Source of the DNA: a virus
Taxonomy: Duplodnaviria; Caudoviricetes
Virus record (IMG/VR): IMGVR_UViG_3300028833_000066
Length of the DNA: 64,000 nucleotides
Strand: one strand, 5' to 3'
Positions within the stretch are counted from its first letter, which is position 1. Each line of letters begins with the position of its first letter. A program made the position numbers and the translations under genes. A model generated the notes under the pieces. It was not told the DNA's origin. It made no database searches and was given only the letters and a program-made list of their open reading frames with translations. Positions 43,031 through 50,716 of the stretch are shown here, piece after piece.

Positions 43031-43208
43031 AATAATCCTCCAAATTAAATCCCTCTTGAACTGCCCATTCTATGATACGATCATAATTTTCTTGCTCCCA
43101 GGCTTGTTCTACGTCAGCCATAGCGGCAATAATGAAGCCAAACGGAGCAGTACCACAGTAATTTACTAGGTCTTTAAATAATCGTTCTACATCAATAGCA
43201 GTCGTCAT
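43023..43208 (-). CDS. Hypothetical protein
   Basis: Start reassigned to MTTAIDVE after GAGG. Confidence 0.5.
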   Translation of the reverse strand: MTTAIDVERLFKDLVNYCGTAPFGFIIAAMADVEQAWEQENYDRIIEWAVQEGFNLEDYYV

Positions 43209-43407
43209 AATTATCCTCGCCAAATACTTTATCAACGCTACTTTCAGTGTAACCAAGGCAAAGCGCAAAAGCTCGGCACATTCGCTGAAGAGCCTCAAGG
43301 CTCATATCTTGGTCTGCCTCAAAACTTAGGCTAATAGCGTTACGATAGCTCCTCTCATCAGGATACAGATTAAATTCAATACGATTCTTAATAGCTTGCG
43401 GTGCCAT
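43192..43407 (-). CDS. Hypothetical protein
   Basis: RBS and upstream promoter. Confidence 0.55.
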   Translation of the reverse strand: MAPQAIKNRIEFNLYPDERSYRNAISLSFEADQDMSLEALQRMCRAFALCLGYTESSVDKVFGEDNYDDCY

Positions 43408-43438
43408 ATTGAAGCTCCTTTCCTTTTCTATATTTATA

Positions 43439-43843
43439 TTATACTACAGTTTTAGCAAAAGTCAAATCTTTAATTTTAAAAAAATCATCACCGAGGTAGA
43501 TTCGTTTAATGCCGTCCATAGCCACATAATGACTGAAACACTCTCCATAATCTACAAGAGCCGCCGGCACGATGATGATACATGGTACTTTTCGTGCCTT
43601 CATATCATCCTTGCTATATTCGCTATTTCCATAATTATGCCAGTCATCTTGCGGTTCAAGTACGAGTGAGTCAAATGAAATAGCTACATCCCAAATATCA
43701 GTAATATATTCGGCGTATACAGTACCCGCATTATGCTCATAAGGGCAATCATTCCAATCATCGCCACACCAATCTTTAAGATTATCATCACCAAGATAGA
43801 AACGGATGACATTACCTTTGCGTGCGAAGTCAATAATTTTCAT
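43439..43843 (-). CDS. Hypothetical phage protein
   Basis: GDDWNDCPYEHNAG. Confidence 0.65.
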   Translation of the reverse strand: MKIIDFARKGNVIRFYLGDDNLKDWCGDDWNDCPYEHNAGTVYAEYITDIWDVAISFDSLVLEPQDDWHNYGNSEYSKDDMKARKVPCIIIVPAALVDYGECFSHYVAMDGIKRIYLGDDFFKIKDLTFAKTVV

Positions 43844-43846
43844 AAA

Positions 43847-44182
43847 TTAAATCTCCTTTACTCCATAATGTGTCAGCAGTTGCCGCATATTTGCGGCTCC
43901 TACAGGGTTCATAGAATGAATATGAAAGGCGATAACATGAATATTATTCTCAATCACATAGCGGCAAATATCATAGCCGGTACGCTCAATGTCACTTTCC
44001 TCATCAAAGCCGAGGTCGTGGTCAAGGTCAAGAATAAATATGCTGTCTGGATGGTTTTGAAAGAAATCAATTGCTTCCGCATAACTGCGGACAATATGAG
44101 GCTCATATTGACTTTGGACAGTTAAGCTACGGTAAAATTTATCGTCAGTACGAATATCATCCACATACAGGAAGTAATCCAT
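43847..44182 (-). CDS. Cyclic-phosphate-processing receiver-domain protein
   Basis: LYVDDIR, LDHDLG, TGYD, HSMNPVGAANM. Confidence 0.75.
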   Translation of the reverse strand: MDYFLYVDDIRTDDKFYRSLTVQSQYEPHIVRSYAEAIDFFQNHPDSIFILDLDHDLGFDEESDIERTGYDICRYVIENNIHVIAFHIHSMNPVGAANMRQLLTHYGVKEI

Positions 44183-44230
44183 CTCTTCCTCTCTCCTTTC
44201 ATATATATTATACTATAATTTTTGAAAAAG

Positions 44231-44680
44231 TCAAATATGCCATTCTTCAATTTTTACATCATGACTTCTTAACCATTCTTGTACCGCCCATCGTTCGCTA
44301 CAAGGATTGTCATATTTTTCAAAGAAAATAAAAGCAAAATCAAAATCTTTTCTGTCAGGGAAATCTTCAAGTAAACGTGCCCGCAAATCAAGTAAATGTT
44401 CTAAAAATGAAGAAAAATCTATTTGATCTAATTGTTTTCGATATTCTTGTAAAAATAAACAATTATGTGGATGCTTCGGATTACATTTTCCGTTACATAG
44501 TCCATCGCAAGATTTTCCTGGCCGTAGAGGCGGGCAACGTAAACTAATTACGCCATTTTTATCTACACCGCCGACAGAGTACCATTTCGGTTCCCAAACT
44601 ACTGTTGAAAGTGCTACAAGATTATTAGGAAAGTTCTTAACCATGGCCCAATATGATGTATATAATTTCATATATTCCAA
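44231..44680 (-). CDS. DUF488-like protein
   Basis: LYTSY, YRKQL, FE...CSER pattern. Confidence 0.55.
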   Translation of the reverse strand: MEYMKLYTSYWAMVKNFPNNLVALSTVVWEPKWYSVGGVDKNGVISLRCPPLRPGKSCDGLCNGKCNPKHPHNCLFLQEYRKQLDQIDFSSFLEHLLDLRARLLEDFPDRKDFDFAFIFFEKYDNPCSERWAVQEWLRSHDVKIEEWHI

Positions 44681-44967
44681 AGCTCCAATGATTTAGGTTC
44701 TTCCTTTTCAACATAGCCACCAGTTTTCCAATCGCCTTCCCATTCAAAATACCACCTATTTGGACAATAAGGAAATGTGCCAAATGAAGTTTCAATTACC
44801 ATAGCGGCTGGATAACTACCTTCATAAATATCACACCAGTTTTCTTTCACGCACTTAATAGCGTCATCCTTATTTTCATAGTAGGCTGGTGTGTCATGAT
44901 TTGGCGGAAAACTGTCATCTTCTTTTGGTAAATTACAGAATGTGATTACTCGATAAAATTTATTCAT
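44668..44967 (-). CDS. Hypothetical protein
   Basis: GGAGG RBS; NWCDIYE. Confidence 0.6.
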   Translation of the reverse strand: MNKFYRVITFCNLPKEDDSFPPNHDTPAYYENKDDAIKCVKENWCDIYEGSYPAAMVIETSFGTFPYCPNRWYFEWEGDWKTGGYVEKEEPKSLELWNI

Positions 44968-45066
44968 ATAGCCTCCAATGAAAAAATGCGCCGGAAGAGT
45001 TGCGGATATTACTCGGCCTCTTTCTGAAAGGGCTCTTCCACCTAAAAGGTTCCCAACGGCGCTAAA

Positions 45067-45142
45067 TGGTCTGGGTGGTCAGACTCGAACTGACGACCTG
45101 ATGCTCCCAAGGCACCCGCGCTGCCAACTGCGCTACACCCAG
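45067..45142 (-). tRNA. tRNA-Pro(UGG)
   Basis: Loop CTTGGGA, CCA. Confidence 0.93.
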
Positions 45143-45324
45143 ATACAAGAAGCGTATTTACGCTTCTAAATACGACTGTGTTATTACACCAAATTACTCT
45201 TACCTTTTATCCACCGCACATCATACTTATAGGACAATTCCTGTAGCCCATAATACATTTCGCACGAATGGAGGCATGTAAACTCTTTAGCTTATGGCTA
45301 CTTTCAAGCCTACAGTGTCGCGAG

Positions 45325-45711
45325 CTAGGGCGCTGGGACTCGAACCCAGACTACCTCCTTCAGAGGGATATAACGGTTTTCTTACTACTCCATATTACTA
45401 TGGCCGCCATAATGCGTTGTAGTCTGGACTATGTTTTTACCTTGCCATAATGGTTTAGGTATGTCCTATATAGTCTCTACACGTTTATAAATAATTGGCT
45501 GTTTATCAAACTCCACTTAGCTACAGCGTTATACGAACTCGCCACTATCAAATTGGCTTCCACAGTCTGTCGTAGCACCAATTATTTAATTTAGCTCGGC
45601 GTTGTCCTAGTAGGATATTCGCCGAATTAGGGACAATTCACACTAGAACTTTCGTATCTAGGTGTCCAATTATTTTAAGAGACCGGTGTTCTGCCATTGA
45701 ACTACGCCCCA
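45325..45711 (-). tRNA. Amber suppressor tRNA(CUA), Gln-like acceptor, split by a group I intron (exons 45678-45711 and 45325-45380)
   Basis: Joined exons give CCGGT-CTCT^AAA-ACCGT; acceptor TGGGGCG/CGCCCTA with G73; 23-nt variable region. Confidence 0.82.
45381..45677 (-). mobile_element. Group I intron in suppressor tRNA anticodon
   Basis: P AATTCGGCGAA, Q AACGCCGAGC, R GTAGAGACTA, S AAACATAGTCC; 3' end GAGTAGTAAG shared with the Leu intron. Confidence 0.9.
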
Positions 45712-45768
45712 TTAAAGTGAGGTTTCCCTCACTTTCTATATATATTATATCAAATTTTTTATAGAAAG

Positions 45769-46269
45769 TCAAATAAAAGCCTTATCTAAATTCATATATT
45801 CTTCTGGATTACCATTGCCGCATTCATCACACCAAGGAGCAATCCATCCACGACTTAATTTAGTAGCGGGTTTGCCACATTTAATACAAGTACGAGAACT
45901 TATAACTTCATACTTATCTACAATAGCACGAGTTCTTTCAGTACTGAAATTATCATACCATCTTAGATAGCCATACTTTTCCTTAATTTGATCAACACGA
46001 TATTCATCAAGTAATTTTTCGCCGCCTTCATCAAGTAAAGCTTGCTTAATTTCAGCGCACATTTGTTCGCCAAACGCAATACGCCATCCATCTGGCATAT
46101 CATCAAGTTCAGTATATTCATAATCCCATTCTGGCGGCATTTCATCTGGGCTATCGGGCCAAAAGCCTTTTTCACCGCAATTGATGCGTTTGCCGCTGAA
46201 GCGATTAAATGGAATTAGAAATGGATAAGTATCGCATAAACGCTTGTTTTCTTCACGATTAATTTCCAT
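45769..46269 (-). CDS. Conserved-looking phage hypothetical protein
   Basis: MPDGW, QIKEKYGYLRWY, C-terminal CxxC pairs; true start after GGAGG at 46269. Confidence 0.7.
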   Translation of the reverse strand: MEINREENKRLCDTYPFLIPFNRFSGKRINCGEKGFWPDSPDEMPPEWDYEYTELDDMPDGWRIAFGEQMCAEIKQALLDEGGEKLLDEYRVDQIKEKYGYLRWYDNFSTERTRAIVDKYEVISSRTCIKCGKPATKLSRGWIAPWCDECGNGNPEEYMNLDKAFI

Positions 46270-46289
46270 TAGTATATCCTCCTTAAAAG

Positions 46290-46478
46290 AGCCGCCGATA
46301 GGACTTGAACCTACAACCTGCGCATTACTGGAGCTGAGTGTGAGTAACGAACTCACATATCTTCGCCTAATTAATTCGTCAATTAATTAGTTCTCATGCG
46401 GTCTTTTCCCTGTGATTCGGGTGTTTTACCTTAAACTAACTCAGCAAGTGCGCTGCTCTACCATTGAGCCACGACGGC
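46290..46478 (-). tRNA. tRNA-Thr(UGU) interrupted at 34/35 by a tRNA-shaped insert (exons 46446-46478 and 46290-46328)
   Basis: Joined halves give a canonical cloverleaf with GCGCA-CTT^GTAA-TGCGC. Confidence 0.85.
46329..46445 (-). ncRNA. Nested tRNA-like element (G1 to CCA)
   Basis: Acceptor GCTGAGT/ACTCAGC-T-CCA, D arm, T arm GTGAG-TTCGTTA-CTCAC; expanded middle. Confidence 0.8.
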
Positions 46479-46483
46479 GTAAA

Positions 46484-46554
46484 AGCCTCCTATTGGAATC
46501 GAACCAATCTTCACGCCTTACGAAAGCGTTGTTCTGCCTATAAACTAAAGAGGC
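46484..46554 (-). tRNA. tRNA-Thr(CGU)
   Basis: Loop TTCGTAA. Confidence 0.88.
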
Positions 46555-46718
46555 AATGCGGATGAGGATTTGCACCTCATATGACATACGTCTTTTCGCT
46601 CTTCACTTTACTAATATTCCTACCTATTAGTGGCTGTCAGCGATTTTTAATCTCGGCCATGAATTAAGTTTTTAGCGTAGTCTCACGACGCAGCGTTTAC
46701 CTATTCCGCCACCGCATT
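46555..46718 (-). ncRNA. tRNA-like RNA with about 85 nt in place of the anticodon loop
   Basis: AATGCGG/CCGCATT, Leu-type D arm, T arm TGAGG-TGCAAAT-CCTCA. Confidence 0.7.
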
Positions 46719-46725
46719 TAATTAA

Positions 46726-47265
46726 TTACGGCCACTCTCCAAGCGGCATACCAAGGCCAGCACGTTCAACATTAGTGTTGAAGAATACGCCAGCAGTAGC
46801 AGGACCAGTTAAAAGCTCATCAGCAATAGTCTCATATAAAGTGCTGATAATGCCGTGGCAATCGTTTAGGTTGTCAGCCGCGAACTGTACTACGCAGTTG
46901 TTGAATACTACATAAGTAGTGTCGAACCATTGATAACCTTCTTCAACAGGGCATACAGAATAAGCATAAGCGGGATTGCCCTTGAAAGCTACATCAAATA
47001 GCTCGACCTTGCTGGTGAAAGCACGATTGCTTGGCGTGCCATCAACAACAACCTTTAGGCCAACATTGCCAAAGTTAATTTCTTCTGGAAGAATCTGAAG
47101 TAGTGCTGCTACCTTATCGCCATTATTACAGGATAGAACAACAGTAGGATGAGAACCAGAGAAATCACAATTAAAAGCGATCTGGGGGTCTCCATCAAAT
47201 AGGGCTTCTAGCTTTCTAATAGCAATAGTCCAAGGCGGTAGAATCTTTAGTCTAGCATTGCTCAT
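46726..47265 (-). CDS. Hypothetical phage protein
   Basis: Long ORF with RBS; PPW, VVQFAADNLND. Confidence 0.7.
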   Translation of the reverse strand: MSNARLKILPPWTIAIRKLEALFDGDPQIAFNCDFSGSHPTVVLSCNNGDKVAALLQILPEEINFGNVGLKVVVDGTPSNRAFTSKVELFDVAFKGNPAYAYSVCPVEEGYQWFDTTYVVFNNCVVQFAADNLNDCHGIISTLYETIADELLTGPATAGVFFNTNVERAGLGMPLGEWP

Positions 47266-47285
47266 AATTTTATACCTCTTTTATT

Positions 47286-47837
47286 TTATTTTTCTAAATA
47301 ATTAGAAATGTCAATCATACCATTTTCAATTTCCCAATGATGATTTGGGCATAAACCAATTAAATTGTTATCATTATTAATTTCATCAATAGTTGCGCTG
47401 TCAGGAAAAGTAGAAATTCCTTTTATATGATGAACTTCTATATGTTTATTGTATCCACAGACTGCACAAGCTGCATTTGGATGATTCTTTAAATATTGTA
47501 ATCTAGATAATTCTCGTATTCGACTATTAACCTGATAAGAACGCAATTCTTTTAGTTCACCATATGTTTTATTTTTCCAATCAACATTGGTTGGATTACA
47601 TTCTTCGCAGTATTTTCTTCTATAAAATAGAGCATATCCTTCACCAATTAGTTTCCCGCATTTCTGACAGAATACCTATTTTTTAGGACGCTGACGATTA
47701 TTGTATGTAGCAGCGCAGCTATGATTACAAAATTTTTTCCTTTTAACACTGCTAACTGATTCATTCGCTTGACAGAAAATTGGTTGTTTGCAGTTTAAAC
47801 ATAAATTGGGATTTTGATTATATTCTTCGCGTGTCAT
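47286..47837 (-). CDS. HNH endonuclease with Zn-finger N-terminus (1 in-frame TAG)
   Basis: KKFCNHSCAATYNN; CAVCGY..IEVHHI...NLIGLCPNHH; TAG at 47676. Confidence 0.82.
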
Positions 47838-47920
47838 CCTATCACTCCTATGATAAAATAATAAGAGCCGATGTAGGAGCATCTTTATCTCACTGGTTAA
47901 TTACTCCAGTGCTACCTCAG

Positions 47921-47998
47921 TGGCACCCCATACAAGATTCTAACTTGTGACCTACCGCTTAGAAGGCGGTTGCTTCTATACTGCTGAGCTAATGGGGC
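47921..47998 (-). tRNA. tRNA-Arg(UCU)
   Basis: Loop CTTCTAA, CCA. Confidence 0.9.
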
Positions 47999-48148
47999 GA
48001 ATAAGCTTGCCGCCGAACATCCTATTGGAACGCTTGCACCACGCGGGACTTCTATTGTCAGCTATTACCGGCAGAATTTGAACCATTAACCGTGGCGACA
48101 GGCTTTCCATAACGACTCCTGTTGGAAAACTTTTTGAAATGACAGGAA

Positions 48149-48220
48149 AGCATACGGTAGGAGTTGAACCTACTAACAGCGGCTTTGCAGGCTGCCGCCC
48201 GGCCGACGAGCATCGTACGC
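48149..48220 (-). tRNA. tRNA-Cys(GCA), atypical D arm
   Basis: Loop CTGCAAA, U73. Confidence 0.75.
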
Positions 48221-48325
48221 ATATAATAGCATAGTCAAGCCTTCTCCCAACAACTATGCTATGCTTCACACCATTCGTTACTTTAGCCACGTATTACGGC
48301 TTTGACAAGATGAAGCGTCCCTAAG

Positions 48326-48396
48326 TGCCCCATACAGGAATTGAACCTGTCTCCCGACATTAAAAGTGTCGTGCCCCACCGATAGGCCAATGGAGC
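48326..48396 (-). tRNA. tRNA-Lys(UUU)
   Basis: Loop CTTTTAA. Confidence 0.88.
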
Positions 48397-48400
48397 CTAA

Positions 48401-48473
48401 TGCGCCATGCAGGACTCGGACCCGCAACACTAAGTCCGTAGCCTAGCGTTTTATCCAGTTAGACTAATGGCGC
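48401..48473 (-). tRNA. tRNA-Arg(ACG)
   Basis: Loop CTACGGA. Confidence 0.88.
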
Positions 48474-48642
48474 ATTCCCACGGCTATTTTACTTCGCCGT
48501 GGCGAAGGTTTCCCAAACTACCGAGGGAACTTTAACTCTGCGTCCAATTTTCCCGCGTAGCAACGGTTATTGTGGCTGCAGGTTTGATTTCTGGAGCTCA
48601 ACCTACTGAACATCTCCGGAGCCTTTTTGTGCTACTATGGCC

Positions 48643-48719
48643 TGGTACTCCCCACGGGATTTGAACCCGCAAATACTTGATCCTAAATCAAGCGCGTCTG
48701 CCAATTGCGCCAAGGGAGC
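48643..48719 (-). tRNA. tRNA-Leu(UAG) with short variable loop
   Basis: Loop TTTAGGA, Leu-type D arm, A73, CCA. Confidence 0.88.
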
Positions 48720-48725
48720 ATATAG

Positions 48726-48798
48726 TGCGAAGTGACGGGCTTGAACCGCCGGCCCTTACGGTGTAAACGTAATGCTCTCCCAACTGAGCTAACCTCGC
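48726..48798 (-). tRNA. tRNA-Val(UAC)
   Basis: Loop TTTACAC. Confidence 0.92.
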
Positions 48799-48804
48799 AT
48801 AAAG

Positions 48805-48878
48805 TCGGGATGGATGGACTTGAACCATCGGTCTTCGCCTTATCAGAGCGCTGCACTAACCAACTGTGCTACATCCCG
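48805..48878 (-). tRNA. tRNA-Ile(GAU)
   Basis: Loop CTGATAA. Confidence 0.9.
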
Positions 48879-48920
48879 TAACGTGCGGCTCTGATTAACG
48901 TCGGTCCGCACCCAGACGAA

Positions 48921-48993
48921 TGGAGCCACCGAGAATCGAACTCGGACTCACTGCTTGCAAGGCAGTAGTGCTAACCATTATCACTATGGCCCC
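48921..48993 (-). tRNA. tRNA-Ala(UGC)
   Basis: Loop CTTGCAA, G3.U70. Confidence 0.93.
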
Positions 48994-49144
48994 GTACAAA
49001 GAAGAGAACCACACGCATCCCACCGTCTTGTTAAGATTGATTTAGTAGTAATAACGCTTATGCTCCTACCAATGGTGGCCCAAAGGAACTTTTGCACCAT
49101 ATGCATCAATCTTTCATGCGCCCAAGCCTTGTCCGTTCTCTACA

Positions 49145-49217
49145 AGCCGATACCCAGATTTGAACTGGGGACCCCGAACTTACCAAGTTCGTGCTCTACC
49201 TGCTGAGCTATATCGGC
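49145..49217 (-). tRNA. tRNA-Thr(GGU)
   Basis: Loop TTGGTAA. Confidence 0.92.
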
Positions 49218-49399
49218 ATGATGCGCTTTTTATTTTAGAAGAGTGCGCTAACTCTACCTGGTCTTACAACAGTTCAGTTTAACGTCCTAACTGGGATGGC
49301 AGCAAACTGTAAAGGACGATTGCGAGTCTTTTTCCTTACCTTACATATATATTATACTACAATTTTTAAAAAAGTCAAATATAAAAGAAAAAGTGGCTC

Positions 49400-49855
49400 T
49401 TATGGAGCCACATAAATAACCATGAAGTATTTTCCAGGAGTAATATCGCTATAATTTACTAGCAAAGAACCATGTTTATCATAATTACCATTCATTACAT
49501 AGCCTTGCCATAGGTCAGTAGAAATCATGAACACGCAACTATCAACTTTATAAAAATTATAAGGCGTATACCATGCTACTTGATTATATGGTTTATCTAG
49601 TTCTACTAAAATCATATCTAGCAACTCATAATCATCAGTTCCAAGTACCATTTCAGTAAAACTTTCTAAATCATAATATTCTGAAATTAAAGCGAGATAC
49701 TCATTAAATTCATCGGTATCCATAAACCAAAATTTTAAATTAGGTGTTGAATACCATACTTCAGTTGGTGAATCTGGCTCCGTATATTCCGCAAAAGCAG
49801 AAAATGGGATAAAAATATACATTAATACGAAAATAGTCGCCCAAATTTTCTTCAT
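49400..49855 (-). CDS. Secreted hypothetical protein
   Basis: MKK, hydrophobic core and AFA signal peptide; GGAGG RBS. Confidence 0.7.
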   Translation of the reverse strand: MKKIWATIFVLMYIFIPFSAFAEYTEPDSPTEVWYSTPNLKFWFMDTDEFNEYLALISEYYDLESFTEMVLGTDDYELLDMILVELDKPYNQVAWYTPYNFYKVDSCVFMISTDLWQGYVMNGNYDKHGSLLVNYSDITPGKYFMVIYVAP

Positions 49856-49876
49856 ACTTTCCTCCTAAAAAAGAAT

Positions 49877-50474
49877 AAGGAGATATTAGGTTAGTAAACT
49901 CTTGCGACCTTCGCCGTACTCAAGTAATTCTTCAATCATATTCAGCCACTACAGAACTAAAGGCTGAGCCATAGGTAGCGACCCTATAACTTCTTTAGTC
50001 CGCTTTCGCCATGTGTAGGAAGGATTGACTACCTTCAAGTTTCAGCCAAACCATTCAGCAATAATATATAAGAATGAACTAATTCTTTTAACATATTACT
50101 TGCCCGTCGAATTGGCCTACTCCCACCTTAAACCTCTCTTATATGCCATTTCTGGCTTTCATCAACGTCGATAGCTACTTATGGTATTTCCAGAGTTTGT
50201 ATTGGCTACCACCCCAATACCTTATCTGGATTCGGCTCGTCTATTCAACAAGCTTTCTATTATGTAGCCGAGAGGAAGAGTGCTTTTAATTGCGAACACC
50301 CAAGCGCCTATCCTTAGTATTTGGAGTTTCTCCTTTATCACCTAACATTACTGTTTCGGCGGCTGTTTAACCAAAAGTATCCTTCGGGCAGTGACAGCTA
50401 CTATACGGATAGCCCAAGCTGTGTGGTTAGCACATCTTCACTTGGTTCAAAATTTACTAACCTAATATCTCCTT
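49877..50474 (-). ncRNA. Large structured ncRNA (about 600 nt; ROOL/GOLLD class candidate)
   Basis: Ends form a 22-bp perfect stem (AAGGAGATATTAGGTTAGTAAA); own TTGACT-17-TATAAT promoter; no credible ORF. Confidence 0.7.
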
Positions 50475-50520
50475 TCCTTGTTTACATATATATTATAGCA
50501 GATTTTTGAGAAAAAGTCAA

Positions 50521-50636
50521 ATATTTAGGTCTGGATTTTCACCAAACATGAGCTAAAGGCACCTTACGTCCTTCACAAGTATCGGATCAAGTGGCTCTTA
50601 CCTTATAAGCGTCTACATATTCCGCCACTAAATATT
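50521..50636 (-). ncRNA. tRNA-like RNA with non-canonical anticodon region
   Basis: TATTTAG/CTAAATA, Leu-type D arm, T arm TTTGG-TGAAAAT-CCAGA. Confidence 0.65.
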
Positions 50637-50643
50637 TGATAAG

Positions 50644-50716
50644 TAGGCCCTCTGGGAGTCGAACCCAGCACCTGCAGTTTATAAGACTGCTGCTCTAACC
50701 TGATGAGCTAAGGCCA
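50644..50716 (-). tRNA. tRNA-Ile(UAU), imperfect acceptor stem
   Basis: Loop CTTATAA; 5' acceptor strand appears 1 nt short. Confidence 0.75.

Noticed and set aside
46270-46356. N-terminal extension of track ORF 45769..46356
   Set aside because: It overlaps the tRNA-Thr 3' half; the real RBS precedes the ATG at 46269.
46329-46445. Group I, group II or archaeal-type intron in tRNA-Thr
   Set aside because: No P/Q/R/S core, no domain V and no bulge-helix-bulge; the insert folds as a tRNA.
49877-50474. MITE or IS element suggested by the 22-bp inverted ends
   Set aside because: No transposase, no target duplication and a single copy; the dedicated promoter favours an ncRNA closing stem.
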